64,000 nucleotides of DNA from an uncultured Clostridia bacterium (GTDB lineage: Bacteria > Bacillota > Clostridia > Oscillospirales > Butyricicoccaceae), in the NCBI GenBank assembly GCA_945947915.1, contig CAMEZQ010000001.1, positions 31,493 to 95,492 on the forward strand, in the 5' to 3' direction. The notes beneath the pieces were generated by a model that saw only the letters and a program-made list of their open reading frames with translations, searched no databases and was not told the DNA's origin. Below, in pieces: positions 8,064 through 16,564 of this stretch; within the stretch, counting starts at the first letter, position 1, and every line of letters begins with the position of its first letter. A program made the translations under genes and the position numbers.

Positions 8064-10877
8064 ATGCGTGAGGGGGAGACCTGCGCGGCAGTGCTGGACA
8101 GCCGCAGGCTGCGCCGGGATCACGATTTTGAAAGCCGTGTTTCTGAGATCCTGAACAGCCTTCTGCCCGAAGACCGCTGCATGATGCCGGTGGAGATGGC
8201 TGACGTTATGACGGTCTTCGACGGCGCCCGCGTCATCACCTGGAATACGTTGACGGGAGATCCCGAAGCCTGCGCCGCACGGGCGGCCGCCTGCCTCGGC
8301 CATGGGATCGACAGAATGCTTCTGATCCTCAACGGCGAAACGCTGGAAGATATCTGCTGTTTTCAGGAAGCGATCGATGCTGTCCTGGGGCCCGATGCCA
8401 TCGTCGCTTACGGGTTCAACTGCCGCCTGGAAGACGAACCCTTCCAGGTCCATATGCTTTTTCCGGCGCATGCCGATATCCGGGTCGATGCGCCGTTGCT
8501 GCTGCCGCCCGACGGCGTTCTGCGCAGCCGCAAGAACACCTATACCGGCCTGACGGCGTTTGACGCCGGCGGCACCAGCATCTGCTACCGCGCTGTTGAT
8601 GAAAACGGCGACCGTGTACTCATCAAAGAAACCTATCCGCTGTCACTGGGAACGGCCCTCCAGCGGGAGAACGACGCGCTGGTACCCGTCAGTACCGATC
8701 CGGAAATGCGCCAGGCCGTGGCCGCCATGCTGGGCAGCGCCGTCGAACGGACCATCCTGGAGCGGGAGCTGGAGAGCGACCTGCACAACCGCGGACTGGA
8801 GTTCTTTGCCAAAAATACCGATAAGTTTGAAGCCAATAATACTTTTTATACCGTTTATAACGATTACGGCCAGGGCACGTTGGCTGAGAAGCGGGGAAAG
8901 ATCCCCGTGCGCGAAGCGCTGGTGCTGACCGACCGGGTGCTGCAGCTTCTGGAGGAGCTGCACGGCGCCGGATATCTGCATCTGGATATCTCTCCGGAGA
9001 ATATTCTGCTGAGCACGGTCATCGACGGCGTCAACAGCCTGAAATTCATCGATCTGGGCAGCCTGATCGAGAAACGGTGGCTTGAGTTCTGCCAGAGCTT
9101 CCCATGCAAGGACGGCTACTCGCCCTTTGAACTGTTCAGCGCCGCCACCAGCGGCGCGGCGCGGCGGCTGGTGGGAGAACGCAGCGATACCTTTTCGGTG
9201 GCCGCCGTTTTATATAATCTGCTGACCGGCCGCACGGTCGACTGGTCGGTCTGCCGCCGGAGCAACCGCAAAATCATTCCGGCCGACGCGCCCGCCGTGT
9301 GCCTGTCCAAGAGCTGGCAGGTCTCCTTTGGTTTGGATGGTCATATCCATGCGGCGCAGATGACCGGATTGTCGCCGCGGGTCCTGGAGCAGCTCAACGA
9401 GTTTCTGAGACAGGCCCTTTCCAACAATCCCCATGTGCGCTTTCAAAGCGCCCGGGAGATGCGGGAGGCCCTGCACGCGGTCCTGCAGAGCCTGGACGAG
9501 CATCTGTATTATTTTGCCCGCATGGAAATGCCCGATGACTTTATGGACGCCGATATCCGCAAGGAAGAAGAAATGCTGGGCGGGAAAGACCACGGCAAAG
9601 CCGCCGACTGGCTCCGCCGCGGCATCCGGAACAAAAGCTATGCCGCCGAAGATATTCGCCGCACGCTGGAGTCGGGCAAAGGCGCCGTGCTCAACAAATG
9701 CCGGCTGGCCGAGTCCAAAGAGGCCGTGCGGGCGTATATCCGGCAATACGGCGGCACATATCAGGAGATCCTTTTCATCGATGAAAGCCAGTACAGCTTC
9801 GACCTTTTCAGCGGACAACTGAGCGGCCGCCACAGCGGTATGCACACCCTGGATTGTGATGAAAAGACCCTGATGGTGTTTTACGGCCGCCGGGAAGGCT
9901 TGAAAAACGGCATCGTCGAAATGGTCGACGGTCAGGGGCAGCCGGTCTATTCTCTGGAATTCGTGCGCCGCAAGGATACCAACCCCCATGTGATCCGTAT
10001 TCTGCCCTCCCGGACCAGCGGTTTGGTTTCGGCCGCTGCCGCCGGGTCGATGGTCGTCTTTACCGCACTGCCCGTCCTGCTCTGCCTGCTGGCCGGATAC
10101 TGTTTCCTCAAGTTCTACGATTCCTACCGCGCTGCCAGGCTGCTGAACATCATCCTGCATCCCGAACAGTACCCCATGAGCTACGGCTGGTCGATGCTGC
10201 GGGTCCGGGAGATCCTGGCCGACTGCGCGCTGCTGGGGCCGGCCGCCGGTGCGGCGGATCCGGTGTATGTGGTTTTCCCGGGCAGCCGGTCGCTGGCACT
10301 GCTGGAAGTCATACAGAGATGGGGGTTTCTCCCCGCCGGCGCCATGCTGCTTTTGACGCTGCTGGGCTTTTGGGCAAGCTGGAAAAAGGCGCGGCAGAGC
10401 CGGCTGTCGGCGGCGGCGTGGATGGTGATGCTTTCGCGCTGGCTGGCATACGTGATGGCCAATACGGGTCTGCTGTACCGGACGATCGGCGATCTGTGGA
10501 CCTCCAGGAGCGCCGTAGTTGTGAACATCCTTCTTTTGTCGCTGATCCTGATCTGGCCGCAGCTGGATCGGGTGCGGAAGAACAGGGATCTTCGATGGTC
10601 CGGCTGGCGCTGTTTTTACGGCGTCTTCGGACATTGGGTGTTCTGGATCATTTACAGGGCCGCTTGTTTCCGGTTGAGCGGGAGTATCGCATTTGACTAT
10701 TCGGGGCTGTTCTATCTGGCATGGTCGCTGCTTTTTGCCTCTGCTGTCGATGTTGTTCTGGAGCTGGGGGCGCGCCACGCGAAAGGCCGATGCTTTCTTT
10801 CCGAATGGCTGTTCCGCAAGCTGAAAGATGATGTGGAAGATGCTATATGGCTGGAAGAGGACGAAGCGGAAGAATAA
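8064..10877 (+). CDS. Membrane-anchored Hanks-type Ser/Thr kinase with FtsZ C-terminal-domain-like N-terminal module
   Basis: SD GGGGAGG lies 7 nt before the ATG. Kinase motifs: DAGGTSICY (Gly loop), VLIKE (beta3 Lys), HLDISPENILL (catalytic loop), FIDLGS (DFG-like), GYSPFE, SDTFSVAAVLYNLLTG. Residues ~41-135 resemble FtsZ_C (see findings). About 6 TM helices from residue ~655. Confidence 0.85.
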   Translation: MREGETCAAVLDSRRLRRDHDFESRVSEILNSLLPEDRCMMPVEMADVMTVFDGARVITWNTLTGDPEACAARAAACLGHGIDRMLLILNGETLEDICCFQEAIDAVLGPDAIVAYGFNCRLEDEPFQVHMLFPAHADIRVDAPLLLPPDGVLRSRKNTYTGLTAFDAGGTSICYRAVDENGDRVLIKETYPLSLGTALQRENDALVPVSTDPEMRQAVAAMLGSAVERTILERELESDLHNRGLEFFAKNTDKFEANNTFYTVYNDYGQGTLAEKRGKIPVREALVLTDRVLQLLEELHGAGYLHLDISPENILLSTVIDGVNSLKFIDLGSLIEKRWLEFCQSFPCKDGYSPFELFSAATSGAARRLVGERSDTFSVAAVLYNLLTGRTVDWSVCRRSNRKIIPADAPAVCLSKSWQVSFGLDGHIHAAQMTGLSPRVLEQLNEFLRQALSNNPHVRFQSAREMREALHAVLQSLDEHLYYFARMEMPDDFMDADIRKEEEMLGGKDHGKAADWLRRGIRNKSYAAEDIRRTLESGKGAVLNKCRLAESKEAVRAYIRQYGGTYQEILFIDESQYSFDLFSGQLSGRHSGMHTLDCDEKTLMVFYGRREGLKNGIVEMVDGQGQPVYSLEFVRRKDTNPHVIRILPSRTSGLVSAAAAGSMVVFTALPVLLCLLAGYCFLKFYDSYRAARLLNIILHPEQYPMSYGWSMLRVREILADCALLGPAAGAADPVYVVFPGSRSLALLEVIQRWGFLPAGAMLLLTLLGFWASWKKARQSRLSAAAWMVMLSRWLAYVMANTGLLYRTIGDLWTSRSAVVVNILLLSLILIWPQLDRVRKNRDLRWSGWRCFYGVFGHWVFWIIYRAACFRLSGSIAFDYSGLFYLAWSLLFASAVDVVLELGARHAKGRCFLSEWLFRKLKDDVEDAIWLEEDEAEE

Positions 10878-10883
10878 AAAATC

Positions 10884-10923
10884 AACGCCGGCGCACTGCT
10901 TTACCGCAGCGCGCCGGCGTTTT
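10884..10923. terminator. Bidirectional intrinsic terminator between kinase gene and flavodoxin gene
   Basis: AACGCCGGCGCACTGC / GCAGCGCGCCGGCGTT forms 15 bp with 1 mismatch and a 6-nt loop. Flanked by an A-run upstream and a T-run downstream. Confidence 0.8.
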
Positions 10924-10955
10924 GCTCTGGATGGGGTTTCTTGACGCAAGCCTTG

Positions 10956-11414
10956 TTACAGGGCGGCCAGCCAGGCCCGGAGGTCTTCCACGGCCAGCTC
11001 GGTTCCCTTGATGGAGAGCAGCGGCCCGATGTCGGCCCCGGGGCAGAGCTTCTGCAGGTCGGCCGCGATCTTGCCGGGACCGCCGCCGCCGTGGGTGCAG
11101 AAGGGGAGGATGCGCAGGCCGTCGGTGGATACGCCGGCCAGAAAAGCGGCCACGGGCGGCGCCATGGTGCCGCACCAGTTGGGGGTGCCCAGCAGCAGAC
11201 GGGTGACGCCGGTCAGATCGGGAATGTCGGCAAGCGGCGGCAGAAAGCCGTTTTGGATCTCCTGCCAGGCCTGGGCGGCCAGGGGTTTGTATTCGCCGGG
11301 ATAGGGGGCGGCCGGGGTCAGCGCCGCGCAGGGCGCGCCGGTCTGTTCCGCGATCCTGCGGGCTGCCGCGCCGGTGTTGCCGCCGTGGGAATAATAGACG
11401 ATCAGCGTTTTCAT
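10956..11414 (-). CDS. Flavodoxin
   Basis: MKTLIVYYSHGGNTGAAARRIAE FMN-binding N-terminus; 152 aa. Confidence 0.85.
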   Translation of the reverse strand: MKTLIVYYSHGGNTGAAARRIAEQTGAPCAALTPAAPYPGEYKPLAAQAWQEIQNGFLPPLADIPDLTGVTRLLLGTPNWCGTMAPPVAAFLAGVSTDGLRILPFCTHGGGGPGKIAADLQKLCPGADIGPLLSIKGTELAVEDLRAWLAAL

Positions 11415-11532
11415 AAAAGGGCTCCTTCCGTGTCGGCTGGATTTTGTATGTATTATGTATATTGATATGATATACCCGCGGACGGGGGCGGTGTCAATGC
11501 AAACCGCCGCTTTATTGAATTTTTCGTTGGCG

Positions 11533-11561
11533 TTGCCAGCTTCATCGATCTGATGTATAAT
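11533..11561 (+). promoter_or_regulatory. Sigma-A-type promoter upstream of ung
   Basis: TTGCCA (11533-11538), 17-nt spacer, TATAAT (11556-11561) preceded by TG. Confidence 0.55.
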
Positions 11562-11599
11562 GACAAAAAAGAGGATATTCCGACAGGAGGCAGCGCGGC

Positions 11600-12274
11600 A
11601 TGGTCCACATCGGCAATCAATGGGACGAGATCCTCGCCGAGGATTTCGCTTCGGAAAACTACGCCAATATCCGTAAATTTCTCAAGCGGGAATACGGCAC
11701 CTATACCGTTTATCCCGATATGTACGATATCTTCAATGCTCTGAAGACCACCGACTACGACGACGTCAACGCCGTTATCCTGGGGCAGGACCCCTATCAC
11801 GGCCCCGGGCAGGCCCACGGCTACGCCTTTTCTGTGCGGCCGGGCGTGGCCATTCCGCCGTCGCTGATCAATATCTACAAAGAGCTGCAGGCGGAGACCG
11901 GCATGGCTATCCCCGACCACGGCTGTCTGCTGGGCTGGGCCAGGCAGGGCGTTCTGCTGCTCAACACGGCGCTGACCGTCCGGGCAGCCAGCCCCAATTC
12001 CCACAGGGACTGCGGCTGGAGCCTTCTGACCGACAGCATCATTCAAAAGCTCAGCCAGCGGGAGCGGCCCATGGTCTTTATGCTGTGGGGGGCCAACGCA
12101 AAGGCCAAGCAGCGGCTGATCCGGAACCCCGCCCATCTGGTCCTGACGGCGGCCCATCCGTCGCCGCTGTCGGCCCACAACGGCTTTTTCGGCTGCGGAC
12201 ATTTCGTGCAGGCCAACGAATTTCTGGCCAAAGAGGGGCGCGCCATCGATTGGAGCGATCTGCCTCGGGAATAG
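11600..12274 (+). CDS. ung: Uracil-DNA glycosylase (family 1)
   Basis: GQDPYHGPGQAHGYAFSV and AAHPSPLSA motifs; 224 aa. Confidence 0.95.
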   Translation: MVHIGNQWDEILAEDFASENYANIRKFLKREYGTYTVYPDMYDIFNALKTTDYDDVNAVILGQDPYHGPGQAHGYAFSVRPGVAIPPSLINIYKELQAETGMAIPDHGCLLGWARQGVLLLNTALTVRAASPNSHRDCGWSLLTDSIIQKLSQRERPMVFMLWGANAKAKQRLIRNPAHLVLTAAHPSPLSAHNGFFGCGHFVQANEFLAKEGRAIDWSDLPRE

Positions 12275-13057
12275 GCCGTCCAGCGCCATGCGCGTATCGT
12301 CGATGTCTGCCGGCGCGATCTTGATATCGTTGCTAATGCCGACTGCGCTTCCGTTGATAGAGCCAGCGGCGCCTCCGCTGAGTATTGTTCCATCTGCACC
12401 AAGGATTTCAAGGTCGCCGCCGTGAACAAATACAGAAACGCCCAGGCGCTCAAGTTCTGTTTGCGTTGCTGCGGCATTTTTACTTCTGTCTTTATGCGCT
12501 ATTTCCGTAAAACGAACAGGTCGTCCAGATCCTCTTCCGTTATTTCCCGATCCATCTTTTCGAAGAACTCTGCAAGTCTGCCCTCTTCTTTCAGCTTCTT
12601 CATAAAATCTGCGTTCCGTTTTGCTGCTGTCTTTGCCTTCTCCGATGGTTTCCAATTCGGATCTCTCTGTATAATTTTCAGCAAATCGTCCATCTTTGTT
12701 CTCCTTCATGGAATACTTTTCTTCGATTGTACCGCCGTTTTCTCCAGACTGCAAGGCTTTGTCCTTCGGGCTGAACTTAACGTCCCGGTCAGACATCTCG
12801 GCCGCTTCAGACTTGACAGTATTTCCCTGCTGTGATACAATGACATCAAAAGCACCACCATGCAACGCGGCCTTATTGGCCGCCAACCTGGTCTCCCTTT
12901 TTTGGAGATCAATTGCATCGGCGGTGTTTTCTTTTATTCCTACAATGTCGTAAAGATATTTCTTGCCATTTACAGGAAAAGCAAACGAGCTGTCATAGCG
13001 ATACATTCCGTCTCGCGCATGGCGGCATTGCCGCTCAGGATGCGCTGTGAGAAACAA
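12275..13057 (-). pseudogene. AT-rich, frame-broken relic of a foreign (possibly phage/ICE) gene
   Basis: The region is visibly AT-richer than its flanks. Protein-like pieces sit in two frames. Frame A has DGMYRYDSSFAFPVNGKKYLYDIVGIKE...DVKFSPKDKA and ELERLGVSVFVHGGDLEILGADGTILSGGAAGSINGSAVGISND. Frame B has the 64-aa ORF at 12499-12693. There is no credible start: TTG at 13057 abuts the lgt terminator. There is no own stop either: the frame runs on antisense into ung. Confidence 0.5.
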
Positions 13058-13058
13058 T

Positions 13059-13086
13059 AAAGCCCCCTCCGTGCGGAGGGGGCTTT
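13059..13086. terminator. Intrinsic terminator downstream of lgt
   Basis: AAAGCCCCCTCC-GTGC-GGAGGGGGCTTT, 12-bp stem with a tetraloop. T-rich on the minus strand after the stem (TTTATTGTTTC). Confidence 0.8.
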
Positions 13087-13102
13087 GCTTTGCCTGTGGG
13101 CT

Positions 13103-14308
13103 TTACAGCTCCAGGACCTTTTTGAAGACGGCCTCAACATCGCTCTTTTCGGCGTGGCCCTCGAAGAGCTTGTCCTTTCCGACGAAGTAGGAGGGGACGT
13201 AGTAGTAGTCATACTGCTCGGCCAGCGCGGCTTCCTTGGCCTCGTTGACCATGGTGATGTGGATGTCCCGGTATTCGGGATGTTCTGCCATCAGTTCCTC
13301 CTGGAACCGGATGGCCAGCTTGCAGTGGGGGCAGTTGGGCAGCATAAACAGGGTCAGTTCTTTCATGGGGGATTCCTCCTTTTTTAGTTCGGCCGCGGCA
13401 TCGGTGGCCGTGTCGGCCGTGGGATCGTTGTGAGTGCGGTTTGCCTCCGCCGGTTCAAAGACCGGGATGCCGTCTGCCGCCGGCGCTTCGGCGCCGCGTA
13501 CGCGGAAGATGGGGCAGGACAGATACCGTTTGGTGCGGCGCAGCCAGAGCCAGAGTCCCAGTGCTGCGGCGAAGAGGACGGCCGAGAGAAGCTGGGAGAC
13601 CCGGATGCCGGTGGCGCCGATATACAGGCTGTCGGTGCGCAGGCCCTCGATGAGCATGCGGCCGAAGCCGTACCAGATCAGATAGAGCAGGAAAAGCTCG
13701 CCGTCGAAGCGGCGCTTTTTGGAGTATTTGTGGAGCAGCAGAAAGCCCAGGGCGTTCCACAGGGACTCGTAGAGGAAGGTGGGGTGGACCGGCGCGCCGC
13801 CGTTAATGGACATGCCCCAGGGCAGGGAGGTCGCGCCGCCGAAGGCCTCGCAGTTGACGAAATTGCCCCACCGGCCGATGGACTGGCCGATTAGAAAGCC
13901 CAGGCTGGCCAGGTCGAGAGGCGGCAGGATGCGCCTTTTGCGGAATTTGCACACCAGGCAGCCGGCGAGGATGGCGCCGATAAGGCCGCCGTAAATGGCC
14001 AGGCCGCCGCCGCGGATATTGAAAATTTCAGACAGGTGGGCCCCGTAGTAGCTCCAGCGGAAGGCCACATAATAGAGCCGCGCGCCCAGAATGGCGGCCG
14101 GCAGGCAGACGATGAGCAGGTCGAGGACGAAATCGGCGTCAAAGCCGAATTCCCGTGCGCGGCAGATGCCGTAGAGGGCGGCCAGCAGAAAGCCTGTGCC
14201 GATGATGACGCCGTACCACATGATATCCTGCCCGAACAGGGTAAAGGCCACGCGGTCGAGGGTCAGCGTCCCGTCAAACAGGCCGGGAAAAGCGATGGTG
14301 TTTTGCAT
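13103..14308 (-). CDS. lgt: Prolipoprotein diacylglyceryl transferase Lgt fused in frame to a C-terminal CPHC thioredoxin-fold domain
   Basis: Lgt motifs: GLAIYGGLIGAILAG, HPTFLYESLWN, GRMLIEGLRTD. The C-terminal 87 aa, MKELTLFMLPNCPHCKLA...YVPSYFVGKDKLFEG, is glutaredoxin/thioredoxin-like. Start chosen at the ATG at 14308 (MQNTIAFPG); the ORF-track start at 14470 is a TTG. Confidence 0.85.
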   Translation of the reverse strand: MQNTIAFPGLFDGTLTLDRVAFTLFGQDIMWYGVIIGTGFLLAALYGICRAREFGFDADFVLDLLIVCLPAAILGARLYYVAFRWSYYGAHLSEIFNIRGGGLAIYGGLIGAILAGCLVCKFRKRRILPPLDLASLGFLIGQSIGRWGNFVNCEAFGGATSLPWGMSINGGAPVHPTFLYESLWNALGFLLLHKYSKKRRFDGELFLLYLIWYGFGRMLIEGLRTDSLYIGATGIRVSQLLSAVLFAAALGLWLWLRRTKRYLSCPIFRVRGAEAPAADGIPVFEPAEANRTHNDPTADTATDAAAELKKEESPMKELTLFMLPNCPHCKLAIRFQEELMAEHPEYRDIHITMVNEAKEAALAEQYDYYYVPSYFVGKDKLFEGHAEKSDVEAVFKKVLEL

Positions 14309-14463
14309 GAAAAAATGTACCTTTCTGCGAAGTATAGTGCGGCGCAGGGCGGAAAAGGCGCCCTTGCCTATGGGGACATTATACAATGCCGCATCTGTGG
14401 GCGCAAGCGGAAAAAGCGCGTGGGCACGCGGAAAAAGACACGAAAAAAACTGAAAATCTTTGC

Positions 14464-14492
14464 TTGACAAACGAAAGATTTTGTAGTATCAT
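14464..14492 (+). promoter_or_regulatory. Near-consensus sigma-A promoter of ylxM-ffh operon
   Basis: TTGACA (14464-14469), 17-nt spacer, TATCAT (14487-14492). Confidence 0.7.
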
Positions 14493-14537
14493 ATCCCCGT
14501 TGTAAAGCTGACAGGCTTTACAGAAAGGGGAAAGGTC

Positions 14538-14900
14538 ATGAAAAGCGATACGTTCCATATGTCGATGCTCTTCGATTTTTATGGGGAACTGCTGACCGAT
14601 AAGCAGAAAGAGCTTTTCGACCTTTATTATAATGAGGATCTTTCCCTTACCGAGATCGCCGAGCACGCAGAGATCTCCCGCCAGGGTGTCCGCGACGCCA
14701 TTCAGCGGGCCGAGACCATTCTGCGCGACACCGAAGACAAGGTCGGCCTGGTCCGGAAGTATTCGGGCTATGAAGACAAGCTCCTCCGCATCCGTGAGGA
14801 AGTGAGCTATATCGCACAGGTCAACGCCGGTCTGCGGAACTATGAGATCGCCAAGCGGACGGAAAACGTTCTGGGTATGATCGATGAACTGTTGAAATAA
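14538..14900 (+). CDS. ylxM: YlxM/UPF0122 putative HTH protein preceding ffh
   Basis: LFDFYGELLTDKQKELFDLYYNEDLSLTEIAEHAEISRQGVRDAIQRAE, and position immediately upstream of ffh. Confidence 0.9.
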   Translation: MKSDTFHMSMLFDFYGELLTDKQKELFDLYYNEDLSLTEIAEHAEISRQGVRDAIQRAETILRDTEDKVGLVRKYSGYEDKLLRIREEVSYIAQVNAGLRNYEIAKRTENVLGMIDELLK

Positions 14901-14917
14901 AAGCCGGAGGGTACAGG

Positions 14918-16255
14918 ATGGCATTTGAAAACCTTGCGGATAAGCTGTCGGGCGTATTCAAAAAGCTGCGCTCCAAGGGCAGACTGTCCGAGGCCGACGT
15001 CAAGGAGGCGATGCGGGAGATCCGCATGGCGCTGCTGGAGGCCGACGTAAACTTCAAAGTCGCAAAGGATTTTGTGGCCAGGGTCAGCGAAAAGGCCGTG
15101 GGCAGCGAGATCCTGGAAAGTCTGTCGCCCGCCCAGCAGGTCATCAAGATCGTCAATGAAGAGCTGACCTCCCTCATGGGCGGCAGCCAGACCCGCATCC
15201 GCATGGCCAACAATCCGCCCACCGTCATCATGTTTGTCGGCCTGCAGGGCGCCGGCAAGACCACCAACATCGCCAAGCTGGCCGGGTATTTCAAAAAGCG
15301 GGAAAGCCGCCGGCCGCTGCTGTGCGCCTGCGACGTTTACCGTCCGGCCGCCATCGAGCAGCTCAAGGTCGTGGGCGGTCAGCTGGATATCCCCGTTTTT
15401 GAACAGGGGCAGGGCGACCCGGTGGAGATCGCCAGGGCGGCCTACGAGCACGCCAGACGGCACGGCAACGATATTCTGATGATCGATACGGCCGGCCGGC
15501 TTCACATCGACGAGCAGCTGATGGATGAGCTGAAGGCCATCAAGGCGGCCGTGCATCCCCACGAGATCATGCTGGTGGTCGACGGCATGACCGGTCAGGA
15601 CGCCGTCAACGCGGCGTCGGCCTTCGATCAGGCGCTGGGCATCGATTCGGTGCTGATCTCCAAGCTGGACGGCGATGCCCGCGGCGGTGCGGCACTGTCC
15701 ATCAAGGCGGTCACCGGCAAGCCCATCAAATTCGTCGGTATGGGCGAAAAGCTGGACGCCATCGAGCCGTTTTATCCCGACCGCATGGCCTCCCGCATCC
15801 TGGGTATGGGCGACGTGCTTTCGCTCATCGAAAAGGCCCAGCAGAACTTTGACGAGAAAAAGGCCGTCGATATGGAAGCCCGCCTGCGCAAGGGCAAGCT
15901 GAATCTGGAGGATTTCCTCGAACAGATGAAGCAGATGAAGGGCATGGGCTCCATGGAGGAGATCGCCGGCATGATCCCCGGCATGAATCCCAAGGCGCTC
16001 AAGGACGCCAAGGTCGACGAACGGGCGCTGGCCCGCACCGAGGCCATCATCCTTTCCATGACGCCCAAGGAACGGGAAAACCCCGACATTCTCAATTTCA
16101 GCCGCAAAAAGCGCATCGCCGCCGGCTGCGGCCAGCGGGTGGAGGACATCAACCGCCTGCTCAAACAGTTTGAAATGACCCAGCAGATGGTCAAGCAGCT
16201 TTCGGGCCTTGGCAAAAAACGCGGCAAAAAGGGCGGCTTCCGTTTTCCCTTTTAA
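14918..16255 (+). CDS. ffh: Signal recognition particle protein Ffh
   Basis: GLQGAGKTT, DTAGRLH, and a Met-rich M domain (MKQMKGMGSMEEIAGMIPGM). Confidence 0.97.
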   Translation: MAFENLADKLSGVFKKLRSKGRLSEADVKEAMREIRMALLEADVNFKVAKDFVARVSEKAVGSEILESLSPAQQVIKIVNEELTSLMGGSQTRIRMANNPPTVIMFVGLQGAGKTTNIAKLAGYFKKRESRRPLLCACDVYRPAAIEQLKVVGGQLDIPVFEQGQGDPVEIARAAYEHARRHGNDILMIDTAGRLHIDEQLMDELKAIKAAVHPHEIMLVVDGMTGQDAVNAASAFDQALGIDSVLISKLDGDARGGAALSIKAVTGKPIKFVGMGEKLDAIEPFYPDRMASRILGMGDVLSLIEKAQQNFDEKKAVDMEARLRKGKLNLEDFLEQMKQMKGMGSMEEIAGMIPGMNPKALKDAKVDERALARTEAIILSMTPKERENPDILNFSRKKRIAAGCGQRVEDINRLLKQFEMTQQMVKQLSGLGKKRGKKGGFRFPF

Positions 16256-16321
16256 GTCCGTCTGAAACAGGCAAGCAATGCAAATTGTGATAGATATGAA
16301 TTATATGGAGGTGAAACAGAA

Positions 16322-16561
16322 ATGGTAAAGATCAGACTGAGAAGAATGGGCGCCAAGAAGGCTCCTTTCTATCGTATCGTTGTCGCTGACTCCCGTTTCC
16401 CCAGAGATGGCAGATTCATCGAGGAGATCGGCACGTATAACCCCCTGACAAATCCCTCGGAGCTGAAGGTCGACGCTGAGAAGGCACAGCAGTGGATCAA
16501 GGATGGCGCGCAGCCCACCGATACTGTCAGAGCATTACTGAAAAAGGCCGGTGTTCTTTAA
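16322..16561 (+). CDS. rpsP: 30S ribosomal protein S16
   Basis: [25 protein letters not shown]; 79 aa. Confidence 0.97.
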   Translation: MVKIRLRRMGAKKAPFYRIVVADSRFPRDGRFIEEIGTYNPLTNPSELKVDAEKAQQWIKDGAQPTDTVRALLKKAGVL

Positions 16562-16564
16562 ACT

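Noticed and set aside
6811-10949. 393-aa and 579-aa minus-strand ORFs opposite the HTH-protein and kinase genes.
   Set aside because: Their composition is Arg/Gly/Pro/Gln-rich and they have no SD or motifs. The plus-strand frames carry clear kinase motifs, TM helices and proper SDs.
11453-12274. The portion of the 534-aa minus-strand ORF that lies antisense to ung.
   Set aside because: It is only accidental read-through of the relic frame into the ung antisense strand. The ung motifs on the plus strand are unequivocal.
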